A DNA stretch of 64,000 bases. Origin: Lama guanicoe (lineage: Eukaryota). Position 1 is the first letter of the stretch, and every line of letters starts with the position of its first letter. The notes beneath the pieces are model-generated. The model had not been told where the DNA came from and ran no database searches. It saw nothing but the letters and a program-made list of their open reading frames with translations. Made by a program: the position numbers and the translations under genes. Shown here in pieces: positions 25,360 to 37,550 of this stretch. The DNA is taken from contig MU054391.1 in NCBI GenBank assembly GCA_013239625.1, positions 2,323,130-2,387,129 of the forward strand, written 5' to 3'.

Positions 25360-25889
25360 ATATATTCTATGTGACTCTTCTGATTTTTACATAACAGAGA
25401 AATGAGTTGTTGTGAAATAATAACACACTCACTGAAGTCTGGGGGTAGAGCCGTGACTCACTGTCAAACGTAAGCATTTTAAGCCTCTCTAAGGCTCCCA
25501 GCTCATGCCCTGTTGTGTGTGCAGCCCTTATGAGAACTAGGAGCACATTCAGACATGTTTATGGTGTTTTCTCAATGGTTGGAGATGTGGAAGCTGAATT
25601 CTGTGGTTTTCCAAGTGGGAAAAAGGCTGATCATCATAAACATATTGAAGGGAGGCAAGGTGTTGAGGTCAAAGAGCTGAGTTGAGCACGACTGAAAACC
25701 TGAAAGGGAGTTTGACACGGGAATTCCTAAGCTGGTGACCTGTGACCCTCTGTACTTACTGAGCGCTGCATCCTGTCTCCTACCATGAAAGGTGAATAAA
25801 ACACGGTCCCAAGGCTTTGTTTCAGAAATCCAGGCCGCTGTCTGGGTCAGGTTAAACAAACGAACACACACCCGAACAAACGAAAGACA

Positions 25890-25909
25890 GGGAGGGAGGG
25901 AGGGAGGGA
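25890..25909 (+). repeat. (GGGA)5 tract, G-quadruplex-capable
   Basis: Five G3 runs with 1-nt loops. Confidence 0.9.
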
Positions 25910-27263
25910 GAGGCAGAAGTAATATGGCCCCGACCAGACTTACAGCTGAAGAAGAGTGGCTGCGGTTGCTGCCTGTTGGGTTGCTTGCTGACACCATCCT
26001 TCAGTGACTGTTTTTGTTGATGGCCTGTATGCTCCTCGTATTTTATTCACGCCCCTCAAATCTTTTATGGAATTGGAAATAAATGGAGAAATGAATACGT
26101 ATGTACTGTAAAATTTATTTTTAGACCACATTCATGTACTTTCACCAAACAACCAAGCAGATTCTCCCCAGGGAGGAGAAACCATCACGCTGGCGTGGCT
26201 TCACCATGATTCCAAAGGTAAGACGTTTCTCTCAAATGCCCAAGTTTCAAACACTGTATTTAGCGTGATAGGGACAAAAATACATCCCCCTCACCCGTCT
26301 TCACAAGTTGAGTGTCTTCCTTACCAGAATGGTATTTTTCTCTCAAAAGGGTGGGTGGGGGCTGGTGCACGGACATTGGTTTTCCCCTGTTGCTCCGTAT
26401 GAGGTCTCTGCGCTGCTTCTAACAATAGACGCCACCTTTTAACAGGCGGAAGCCCATCTGCCTGCATCAGCTGTCAGACCCACTAGCAGTGCACAGTTTT
26501 CAGAAATCGGCTTTAACCGTGGGCCTCCAGTGAACAGAGTCAATTTCCACTGCTGTGGGGCCTCTTAGGCGATACGATAAAACAAGCCATGAGCAGACGT
26601 GACGTTATCCTTCAACTATTAACTCCAAATCACATATTTTAATAATAAAATGGCGTGGGAGAAGGAGAAAGCTCTCTGGTGAAAAGATACATGCTTAAAT
26701 TCTACTGTTAATATTTTAGGGGATGTGCTGCACGGGGCAAATTACTTTACATCTATGAAAGATATCTTCAAATTTTCTGACAACAAAATGATAATAACCC
26801 ATGAAAACTGGTATGGAAGAGAATCATACAGTATATGAAAACTGTTTCATAAATAAAAAAACGTGTTGTATTAAGTCAAGCAAGGAATAAATCAACCTTA
26901 TGATGCAAATTACATATATTTATGTTTTAAAAAATAACACTGAGCAAGTACAATAGATCATATGACACAAAAAGTGTGTCTTTTTCCTACACCAGATGGA
27001 CCACCGCTGTCCACAGCTCTTCAGAAGCTTTTCTAGTCAAAAGGTGTTTTTTTTGGCAGAGATATGGCGTGCTTTGATGAATTTACTTAAGTAGGAAATT
27101 ATTTTGTTGTTTTATAAGATTCTCCCCAAATATAAGACATTAACACTTCTGTACTTTTTTTTTCCCAGCTAAGTAAAGGAACTCAACAGAACTACCTCAA
27201 TGATTTGATTTCTTAGGATTTCATAGACAGTTATTAAATAGTTAATGAGTCAGTAAGTACATA

Positions 27264-27732
27264 TGAATTTGGCAGAATAATGGTCCCCAAAGATGTCCAC
27301 CCGCATCCTAACCTGGAAGATATGAGGATGTTACTCTCCATGGCAAAGGGAAATTACGGTAACAGATAGAATTAAGGATGCTCATCACTAGATCTTAAAG
27401 TAGAGAGATTATATGGAATGATCCCAATGGGTCTATTGTAATCACAAGGTCCTAAAATGCAGAAGGTTGACAGAACACTCAGTGTCAAATGAGGTGACTT
27501 AAGAAAGACTCAATGGGCCATCTTTAGCTTTGAAGATGGAAGAGGGCCATGAGCCAAGGAAGGCAGGCGGCCTCTGGAAGCTAGAAAAGAAAGGGGGTGG
27601 AGTCTCCCTGCAGCCCCCAGAAGGCAACACACCTGTTCAAAGCCTTGATTTTACCCCAGCGAAATTAATGTCAGATTTCTGTGCAATAATCTGTTTTCTC
27701 TCATTTTCCAGCAGTAGTGGGCAATGAATACA
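27264..27732 (+). mobile_element. MLT1D MaLR solo LTR
   Basis: ggcagaataatggtccccaaagatgtccac...catggcaaaggg...tgtaatcacaagg...ctttgaagatggaaga...agccaagga...ctggaagctagaaaa; ends aataca. Confidence 0.92.
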
Positions 27733-27989
27733 CTTCGTCACACAAATACTGGATTTGAAATTAAGTATTTAAGCACCATGCAAATCTTAGAAATATAACA
27801 CAATAAAAGAATATATAAAGGTTAAAATTGGCTATTTTTAAGTGAAAATAACCCATTTCTATAGCCGTGATGGAGTCTTTTCTTATGTGTACATATCACA
27901 AGAGGAGAAGGAAGTCTATCCGACATATGTTTAGTGATTATGTAAGTGGCACTATGAAAAATCCTGCAAAGTCTACCCTTTGCAACAAT

Positions 27990-28780
27990 TTTCTGTCCTG
28001 ATTTTCTGTATATGGAATTTTAAAAATATTCTCCTGCCTCTGATGATTTTTCCTCTCGTTCCTCCTATTTTTCCTGGTCCCCTACCTGGAAATACCAGGA
28101 ATGCACTTCTTTTCTCCATGTATTTTATTTTTGCTGGTGTCCTCTTCCATCCTCAAGGCTTCTGTGATCCCTTCCATCTTGACGGAATTAACCATACACC
28201 TTCAGCCCAGATGTTTTTCTCAAGTTGAATTCCAAACTGTCCAACTACCACCGGGGCAACCTCTCCCCACTATATCCAGTCTACTTTGTGAGTCTTCAGA
28301 AATAGAAATTGAACACACCCTGAATTAAAACCTCAGTCTCTCCTCTACCTGCATTTTTATTTTTATTTTTTACTTTGGAGTCTCAGGGAACAACTTTGAA
28401 GTCTCGATCCTCCAAATCACTGCCCCGAGAATACCAATGCTTTGAAATCTCTCCTTCCGTATCAGATCAGCCACCAAATCATATTCTTGCAAATTCTCAA
28501 ACGACACTCTCTTATTTTCTATTCTAAGATCCTACTGGCAGAGCCTCATTATAGCTGGTCTTCTAATTGGTCTTCCCACCTTCTGTCGCTTTTTATCCTA
28601 ATCAATGCTGTAATTCTAAGCCCAGTACAATTAGGAAAGCATTGTGCTTTGGCTTCAATACCTTCATGTGTTCCCTACTGATAAAACGTCAGTGACTCAG
28701 TGGCAGGCCACATGTCCCCAGCTCGGAGCTACCATATCTTTGTGTGTTTGTCTCTAGTTACTTCCCTGATACATCAGAGA
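27990..28780 (+). mobile_element. L2 fragment
   Basis: Pyrimidine-rich, with L2-like motifs (catcctcaaggcttctgtgatcc, ttcagcccaga, ggcttcaataccttca). Confidence 0.6.
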
Positions 28781-28829
28781 TTCTTGATACTTTTGTCTCA
28801 GTCCTCGTTTCTACTCTTACAGACTATCT

Positions 28830-29736
28830 ATCAAAGCCACCAAAAATCTTTTACTTATGTGTGTTTTATTTATAGTTAGTTAGAAATTAAACTTACACAA
28901 TTTAAATGATCTGTTTGCTAATTCATGTAAAAGTAACAGTAATATGCCCATCACATATGAACAGAACATTTCTTGTAAAAAAAAAAACTGTATTTTCCAA
29001 ACCCCCAGAAAGTTTTGTAATAAGAATTATTTTCCATTTTGGAAAATCTCTCTAACTTCTGGCTTAATAAATGAAAACTGGACAATCATAATGCTTACTG
29101 ATCCTCTCTGCTGTCATACGTTGATTTGTTTAAAACATATACAGAAAATCCAGGCTCACACCAATATGTGGTTGGAAAGGGGAGCAATGTTCTAACAGCC
29201 TTTCAGATGTTTGTGAATATTCCACTTAAGTGCAAATCAAAATACAAGAAGCAGTAATTTCTTAAAAGCTTAGCTTCAATGTGAAATCCAAAACCGTATC
29301 AGGTAAGTTGCAATAATGTTACCTTCAGTCCTCTCGGTCTGTTTTGCACTTTGCACGGGTCACTTACCTACCATAATTGTGCAAGATCACGCATTGGTCG
29401 TTTAGAAAGCATCAGCTCACTGAGTTATGCTGACCTCCCAAATGTTGCCACGCTTCCTGGTACAACATCTAGAAATGACTTCACACCGTGATGGTTCACT
29501 AGGATCATCCCAAAAGGCCTGAAGCATTGGGAGGCACGGTCTGGTGCCGCGGCCTTGACTCCCGTAAGGCGCTGGCAGTTTCCGCATCACGGCTTTTGTA
29601 CGAGCGTCAGCAAAATTAAGAGGGTGAGTGATGTCTCAGTGTCGTGGTGAAAATAGTTTTGACCTCGTGGCCCCCTGAAAGAGGGGCACCTTAAGGTGCC
29701 TCAGAGTCTCACAGACCACATTTTGTGACTCCTGCT
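28830..29736 (-). mobile_element. Charlie1-family hAT DNA transposon (deleted)
   Basis: Terminus gaaaatagttttgacctcgtggccccctgaaag...gaccacattttg. Its reverse complement aligns by eye with the start of the element at 52785. Confidence 0.88.
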
Positions 29737-32526
29737 TTGTAGTTTAATTAAGTGCCTTTCAAATAATTTTCATTATTTCACACACAAAACTTTAAAAGAA
29801 TCACTTCAGTTCCAATGGGAGTTGAAGCCGTGGAGACCCTTCCTTTTGTCTCTTTCTTCCCCTCCCCCCCTCCTGCTGAGGTCCCCCCCTGGCCTCGAGG
29901 GCCACAGTCTTGGCAACCGAAGCCTTCAGGAACCTCCAGCCTCCGCTTTGCCGCCCCCTCGCCTGCGCGCCTGCCCGGCTCCAGCCCCTGAGGCAGAACG
30001 TCTCTCACCCTCACTTTGGGTTTCAGCCGTCACTTGGGACTGGCCCGTCACCTGCCTTTTCAGAATGGAGTCCCCTCCAGGGAAGGAACTAAATCTAACA
30101 TAACCTGACTTCCAGCAAACGCAGAGATGGTAAATAGTTGTTGAATTTAATTGAAAAGTTTTCCCAGAAGGAAGGCATTTCCCTGGGTGTTCAGATCTTT
30201 TCAAGTTGCTGGAATGTTCAGGGCTGGTCCTGTGAATCTATCTTCCCGTCTCAAGGGCCTTTCCCTCATTAGCTCTTAGAAAGGTTTCTTGTCAGAAGCT
30301 ACTTGTTGTCATGAAGAATTTCAAACCAGGATCATCCGTGTTTTAAAAGGTCTAATTGGATGGAGTCATAGTGATGCTTAGGCAAGCCTGATCGCAGTGG
30401 GACACTCACTCCACGGGCTCACGGCGCCCCGATGCCGTGACCAAGTAGCCTTCCCCGGGGCGTCTTCAGCAGAGCCACGTACGCCGCTGCCGCAGGAGAA
30501 TCTGAACAGCATTCTCCACGCACCTTGCCGGGGATGTCGCGTGCAGGGTCGCTCCTCTCCTCTTAGGGCCTGCATGAGCTTGCGTGCACGTGCTGGCGGG
30601 CTCAACACCAGGCTGGACGCCCCGCTTGCACTTCCCACCAACTCGTGACCACCATCCAGCCATCCTTTCCACAAGGGCCACGTGACTGCCGACGGGAAAC
30701 GAACGCCAGCAAAGAATGCAGCAGTGATTAATTTGTTCTATTTCTTAGGATTCAAACACCCATTTATGTCAAAAATGGAACATTTCTGGAGTAACGGTTA
30801 TATCTAAGAGGTTCAGCATGTAACAGGGAAGAAGAGGGTTGTGTTTCAGGAACCCAGACTAGGGAAACCACGTCCACCGTCACAGGGACTTGCAGAAAGC
30901 GAGGGGGTGTCACACCTCACTGACGCGTGGGCACTTCCATCACGGAACAATGGAAGGAAGACAACATTGGAATGAAGAGCAAAACTGTGAGGTTTTGTGA
31001 TGTGGCAACCTTTCAGTCCATGTCCTTCTTCACATTCTCTTTCTAATCCATAGAATTGGACACTTGGCACCAACATATGAAACAAAGGTTTACCATCCCT
31101 GATATACAAATAATGGCAAGGGCTTAACACACACATTTTGAATAGGGTGATGATTAAAAAAATTTCCTAAACATTACATGAACAAGATGTTGTGCATTTG
31201 GAAAACAAGCAGTGTGGAAATGCTTCCTGGATTATTAAATTCTGCACATATTAATTCATCTTTCAGTCTTTTGGAGTCTTACAGACCGTTTCTCATCCCA
31301 CCCTGGTGAGGCGGACGCCACTTCTGTTTTAGTTTAGTCATAACTTTCTTGATAAAGTTTCCGTAGTGTGTCAGGAAAGGCTGTGTTTGGTTACTTTTCT
31401 GGAATCAGACAATCCAGGGCCTGTGTGGCGGCTCCAGGAAGGCATCAGGAACCGGGTGTCTGTTTTCCTTCTGATGTCATCTGCTTCTAACCGTAGGTTC
31501 AGAGGTGACTGCGCCAGGTCTAGGCACAGATCTCAGTTTCTGAAGGAAACTTCCTGCTTGCAGACAGTTGACCACACGGACCTGTTAGAAAGGTGGAAAT
31601 GCAGCCTTTTGCTGTGTGCTTGGCCGTCCAAATGCAAGCAGGTTCTGCTTCTGAGAAGGAATGACAGCTAGTAGCCACTCTGTGGATTGTTGCTCTGTTA
31701 CAGAGCTGAAGTTGCAGCTGACCCTTCTTCTCTCATTCTGCCACATTGGATTTGAACTTACACCAAGGAGATAGATACATATGAAATGTATTTATTGTAA
31801 AGAATGTTTACTATTTTTTCATTTTCCTTCCATTAAATATCCACATTTGAAAACTTACCATAGAGAAGAGCTTTAAAAACACAAATGTATTTTTTAGTCT
31901 TTTTACAATCTCACACATACTTAAGGCTTCAGCTTTTTCATTTTGACCTGAACTATTTTTAAGTCTTTCTCTAGCTATAAACTTCACCAATACTCACGTC
32001 ACACTTTTCAAACTAGCTGTGGGTCAGGTCTCACTCATTACCTCATCAGTGTCATTCAGTATTTCCACTGGCACCATCGTGTTCTGGTGTTTCAGAATGA
32101 AATGTCCCACATCAGTGGTCACCCAAGATCTAAGAAGCAGACATATGTCCTCCCTGAAAAAGATCCTCAGATCGAGATTCTAATTACAATACACCTGTTT
32201 ATCAAATTAAAATCAACCAAATATGAGAGTTTGCAATAAAAAGTCAGCAAGCACACAGAGGAGCCACTGTATGCATGGGAGTCAGCTGGAAATGCAAGCA
32301 CTGCATTCAGACTTCCTGGTGTTGGGATTATAAGGTAAATATTATTTAGCGTTATGTGCACCGGGTATGTATGTGTTTTTAAAAAGTCAGTGAACTGAGA
32401 CACCAATAAGAAACTATCCTAAGTGACAAGGCCGCTTTGAAAAATAACAAATGAAACATTTATATGTAGATCTAGATATATGCATACAGGTATAACTGAG
32501 TAGATGGACAGATGGAGATGTGTCTA

Positions 32527-32528
<2 letters not shown>

Positions 32529-32563
<35 letters not shown>
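32529..32563. repeat. (TG)n microsatellite
   Basis: Directly visible. Confidence 0.97.
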
Positions 32564-32565
<2 letters not shown>

Positions 32566-33779
32566 TATACGTACATGCACATGTACATGCATTACATATG
32601 AGACTTCATAGCCCAGTTAGTTGTTAAACAGCCAATTCAATAAAGAGAAAAAACATATTCACAGGGAAATCTACAAAAATTACCCCAAATGCAGACTCAG
32701 CTCATCTGAGGAAAAACTCAAGAGATAAGGGGATGGGATGAGAAAGGCAGTCCAGCATCTGATGGATATTCCACAGGGGGAGACTATGAAGATCAGAAGA
32801 GTGGTCATATTTGAGGAGTTAAGAAAAGGAGTTTTTTAGGACTAATGAAATGCGTGAGTTTGCAGTTAGGTCCACAGTTACAGGGAGAACAGCACATAAT
32901 AAACAAAATGAACAAGAAGAAAACCTCACTTAGACCGACCGCAGTGAAACCGCAGAACTCAAGTCAAGGAGAACTTTTAAGTGGAAAAAAGACAGCTTTC
33001 TCACAAGGAAAATAAAATTACATTTACATCAACCCTTCAACCTAGCAATGGAACCTGGAGGACAGTGGACAGTACGTCTTCAAAATGATGAGACAAAATA
33101 AACGCCAGTTTTCAATTATGTGCATGAGCGTGGCCTTGCGGATAAAAACAAAACAAAGGCACTTTGATGTAAATAAAGGAATGACGCTCAACGCACTTAG
33201 TCAGCGGTAACAGCACGTGTGCCGAAACGCAGGGCCCGCGGGACGAGAAGCGGCAGAGCAGGTTCTAAAGCGATTTTGCTATTTAGGATGAGAATTAAGG
33301 CAAAACCTCAGAATCAGTTAGTTATGCTTGTTAAACTAAGAATAACAAGCGCTTTAGAAATAGATGTTTCCCTTTTATCAGGGAAAGAAGAACTGGAATT
33401 ATAAATTAATTTTTAAAAACTCAGTCAAATGAAGAGGGAAAATGAAAAAAATGTCTTGAAAAATCGAGACAATAGATAGCACAAAGGAAAAATGGGTGAA
33501 ACAATATATTCAAATCAAAAATGTAAATGGGAAAACAGCAATAGGATAAAACAAACTTAATAAATAAAAACATTACCAAATGAAGTTATATACTATTTGC
33601 AAGGGGCACAAATTTAAACAAAAAATTGATAATAAAATGATAGACAAAGATATACTGAGCAAATAATAACCAAAAAAGGCAGGGCGAATGGTAAGTCAAA
33701 AAGTATTTTTATGGATAAACAAATTCATTACAGAATTAATTTTTAAAACTCTGATAAGAAATACAGAAGGAACACTCAT

Positions 33780-34403
33780 GCCCAGCCAGCTCCCTGGGTG
33801 CCCCCAGGGCGGTCACACAGGGCCCCTCACTCAGGACAGCCCTGCACCTGGGTTTTCGTGATTTGCATTCACCGTCCTTAAATTGTTAATACTATCCACC
33901 CTGAAATTGTTTTCGTAACTGAAATTTAATGAAGCAATAGAACACATGCCGGGGGCTTGGCTTCAGCTGACACGTGGTCATGCCTTGTGTGGCCTCTCCA
34001 CCTCCCGGGGACGAGTTTCTGGTCCCCAGGGGGCCTGGTCCCCACCTGGCCTCCTCCCTCCCTGCTTCCTTGGTCACATCAATAGGAGAATGCCCACTCT
34101 CTGCCGTTTCCCTCCGTCCCACGAAGTGGACTGGATGTGCACAAGGGAAGGGTGGGCATGTGTCCCACGGTGTCTTAGAGCAGAGTGACAGGGCAGCACC
34201 TCGGCGCATCTGGCAACTTGATGGGGTCTTTTGCTCGCCTTCAATCCCAGCACCTGCCCTGCAGTGTGAGGCTGCAGTGCACGGGGCATTGTGCTCGGGT
34301 CGGGGTGGCTGGCCTGTGGGAGCATGATACTAACCACCCGCCCATGACCAGGGTCCTGCACCTTCCTTTTGCCCTGGGCCCTGCGTACGATGAGACAGGC
34401 CCT
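33780..34403 (+). mobile_element. MER45-family hAT (Tip100) element
   Basis: Start gtcacacagggcccctcactcagga...ccgtccttaaattgttaata and end cagggtcctgcaccttccttttgccctgggccctgc match the two MER45 termini. Confidence 0.7.
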
Positions 34404-34819
34404 TCCTCGGTGCAGGGCTTCCGTGGCCTCGGAGGAGCAAACATGAAAATGGGATCGAATTGCAACATAAGTACCATACCCAGCGTTATGCTGAAAGAGT
34501 TCACCATCTTCCTCTCTCTCAATGAATAGGCTAAGGACATCCAAAAGTTAAAATGTTACATAAAACCAGAACATAAATATCAATAAACTTGGTTTATTAG
34601 ATACTCATAAAATATTGTACCCAGCAATTATCTACTGCTGTTCCAGAGCGCACGTGAAACGTTTATAAAAAGTTGCCAGATGTGAGGCTGTAAAGTAAGA
34701 CTTGACAAATTTCAAAAACTGAAAAACACAACAGTATCATTCAGAGCACATTCTCTGAGAGCAAAGCAATTAAATTAGAAGTTAATTACACATAGAAAAT
34801 CAGAGCTAATAAAAGCCCC

Positions 34820-35900
34820 ACAGGCGCCGTGGAGGAATGGCCGATTCTAGATCTGGGTCATAAAAGTAAAAATGGACCTCAATCATCTCTTATTTTCCCC
34901 AAAGGAAGGAAGTGCTCAGAAAACAAAAGAAAACAAAAAAATGGGGTTTCTTAAAGGGAGTCAAGGGGCCCCCAAAGGCCAGAAGCAGAGCAATCCAAGA
35001 GACAAGGTAAATCACGCAGGGTTGGGCTAGAACCTAAGGTGCAAAATGCATAGCCTGGGTCCACACTAGTGCGAGTAAGTGACCGAGCAAACATGTAAGT
35101 ATGGGAGAAGAGACAGATCTGCACAGCGGAGCTCCAAGCACGCCATGTGAAAACACCTGATTCCCCAGCCCGCCTCCATCCTCCCCCCAGTGTGTTCTGC
35201 ACTTAGTCACTTGCTTCAAAGAGTGGAGTATGGGAGGGGGGACAAAAGGAACCTCATAGTGAAGAAGTGGGCACATGCTGCATCACCCGGGTGGTCAGGG
35301 GGACCAGCTTCCAGGCGCCAAGTTGGCAGCAGGGACGTTTGATGCCATGTGGTGGGAAGCACCCTTCTTCTCCTCTGTGGATTCTCCCCCAAACCCGTAA
35401 CCCCAGGCTGACCATGAGAAAAGCATCAGTTAGATCCAAATGAAGGGGGGAGTGTAGCTCAGGGGTAGAGTGCCTGCCTAGCATGCACAAGGCCCTGGTT
35501 CAATCCCCAGGACCACCAGTAAAAAAATAAACAAAGAAACCTAATTATCTGCACCCCAATGAAGTAGGAGTCTACAAAATCCTTGGCCTTGACACTGTCA
35601 AGACCTTGAAAAGTAGATAATGTCTCAGAAACCGTCACAGACCAGAGGGGGCTAACGAGACGTGAAGACTAAACGTAATGTGGTGTGTGGGATGGAATCC
35701 TGGGACGTGAAAAGAGCACTATGCAAAGCTGAAGGTGAAATGTGAATGACGCGTGGAGTTCAGTTAACAATACTGTATTCATGTCAGTTTTTTATTTGTG
35801 ACGAAGATATGAAACTGGGATGTGATATTTTCTGTACTGTGTTTGCCACTTTTCTGCAAATCTAAAAATACTAAAGCTAGTCAAACAATTTTTAAAGTTT
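34820..35900 (+). mobile_element. L1MC/L1MD-type 3'UTR
   Basis: gcacttagtcacttgcttc...aacccgtaaccccaggctgaccatgagaaaagcatcag...gactaaacgtaatgtggt...ggaatcctggga...cttttctgcaaatctaaa. Confidence 0.85.
35446..35557 (+). mobile_element. tRNA-derived SINE, camelid vic-1-like
   Basis: Pol III A box (tagctcagggg) and B box (ggttcaatccc), A-rich linker, aaacctaattatctgcacccc tail; AATGAAG TSD at 35439-35445 and 35558-35564. Confidence 0.88.
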
Positions 35901-36589
35901 GTTTAAGTAATCAACAAACCTCTGGTATGATTCATCCAAGAAACAAAGAGGTAAGGTACACATAATTTTAGTAATGGAAGGGGAACTCAGCTACCTCTCC
36001 AGCTGACTTTAAAATGGGAAGAAAAATGCCATCAAAAGCCTTATGTCAATCATTTTGAAAGTTTGCAGGAAACAGACAAATTCTTAGAAAACAGTTAACA
36101 TGGAACGGATGAGATGAGATAGATAGAAGACTATTTGATATAAAGAAACGGAGTTAATAACTTAAATACATGCCTACAAAAAAGACAAGAAACTAGATCT
36201 CCACAGAAGAGATTTACTTAAAAAAAATTCTCAATAAACAGATCATTGCATCTTATGGAAACTCTTCCAGAGAACGGAGACTAAGACAGTACGTTTTCTT
36301 TTGATTTGTGAGAATGGCGTAACCTTCTTGCCAAAGTCAAACTTGGGGAGCGATGTGAGCAGTCAACAGGAGAATGACAATCGGCCAGACTCGGAATGAA
36401 CTTCGATTAACTTTTGAATCTTCAAGAAAACATAACAATCCAAATAGCGCAAAACATGCCTGAGCACCTGGCTTTACCCAGGACCACACTTGTGGTTCAC
36501 AGCTAGCAAGTCCGTAGATAATCTCTGGCGCATTACCTGGTTAACGGAGGGGAAATACAGACAATTAACTCTTTTCTTTTTGGTGTAAA

Positions 36590-36725
36590 ACGGACTGCAC
36601 GGGCTGAGTGATGCTTACAGGAACACGGGCACGGGGAGGATCACAGAGGACCCAGGGGCGGGAGACGGAGTCCTTTGTCTCAAGGACCTTGCAATAGACT
36701 CAGGGACACAAGCCACAAACAGTGG
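36590..36725 (-). mobile_element. L2 3' fragment
   Basis: gagacggagtcctttgtctcaaggaccttgcaatagac resembles a reverse L2 tail. Confidence 0.45.
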
Positions 36726-37480
36726 CACGTGGGCTAAATACCCACTCAGGAGAGAAACAGGTGTGTCACCGAGTAGAACAAAATCCAGTGTTCACTAACT
36801 GATGGCCCTGCCTTAGACGTGCCCCACCCGGACCCCTCCTCGCACGGAAGGGACAGGTGCTTGCCGCGAAACACACTTTGGAAGCCCCTACAGTAAAGAG
36901 GAAAGAGCGTTTGTTTCTTTACCCTCTTCACACAGCTCGCAGGGCCATTACGCCAGCCTGGGAGACTCTACTCCTGCTTAAATGCACTCACGTGTCAGGC
37001 AGGGTGGGGGCAGGAGTGGGCACTTACGAGAAATTCAGGAAAAATACAAAGTTTTTAAATTCTTAAAAAATATCATGTATCTGAACACTGAATTACATGG
37101 AATAATACATTTTTAACGTCAAACATATGACACTTGTCAACAGCAAGAAAACAATTGTATCAGTTACATTGATTTTAAAATGTTTGGTATCAAAGAATTC
37201 CTGTGAGTGAGGGGAGTCTGCAGAAGTTAATGACAAAAACTATGATAATAGGATTTACTTTTCTTCAAATAATAAGAGTAACGTATCTTTATTATGAAAG
37301 GAAGACCATTTTAAAATATGAAGAGGGTGAAAACATCGCTTACAATTTCACTTTCTAAAGAGAGTTGTTGCTTTTATTTTACCGTATTCTATTCAGAGCT
37401 CTCTCTGATTGATGTATTTTAGAGACATGCTCATGTTTCCTCTGTCAGTGGATGGACACATGGATATAATAATGTGTGTC

Positions 37481-37550
37481 CTGACACCTTGTAACTGACT
37501 GTACTTCAATAAAATAAAATAAAATAAAATAAAATAAAATAAAATAAAAA
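37481..37550 (+). mobile_element. Tiny L1 3' tip with (TAAAA)n tail
   Basis: ctgacaccttgtaactgactgtacttcaat followed by (AAAAT)n; resembles the reverse complement of the L1 termini at 13.2 and 21.2 kb. Confidence 0.7.

Larger units (their letters stand above)
32690..36545 (+). mobile_element. Ancient L1M (ORF1 to ORF2 remnants) fragmented by later insertions
   Basis: A-rich pieces at about 32690-33775, 34430-34810 and 35900-36545 carry L1 motifs in colinear order (ggacagtggacagtacgtcttcaaaatg; aaatgtaaatggg; cattctctga...caattaaattagaa; gacaaattcttagaaa; aaactcttccagagaa). Confidence 0.7.

Noticed and set aside
35446..35520. Possible tRNA gene
   Set aside because: Degenerate stems, a SINE-type tail and a TSD show it is a retroposed SINE.
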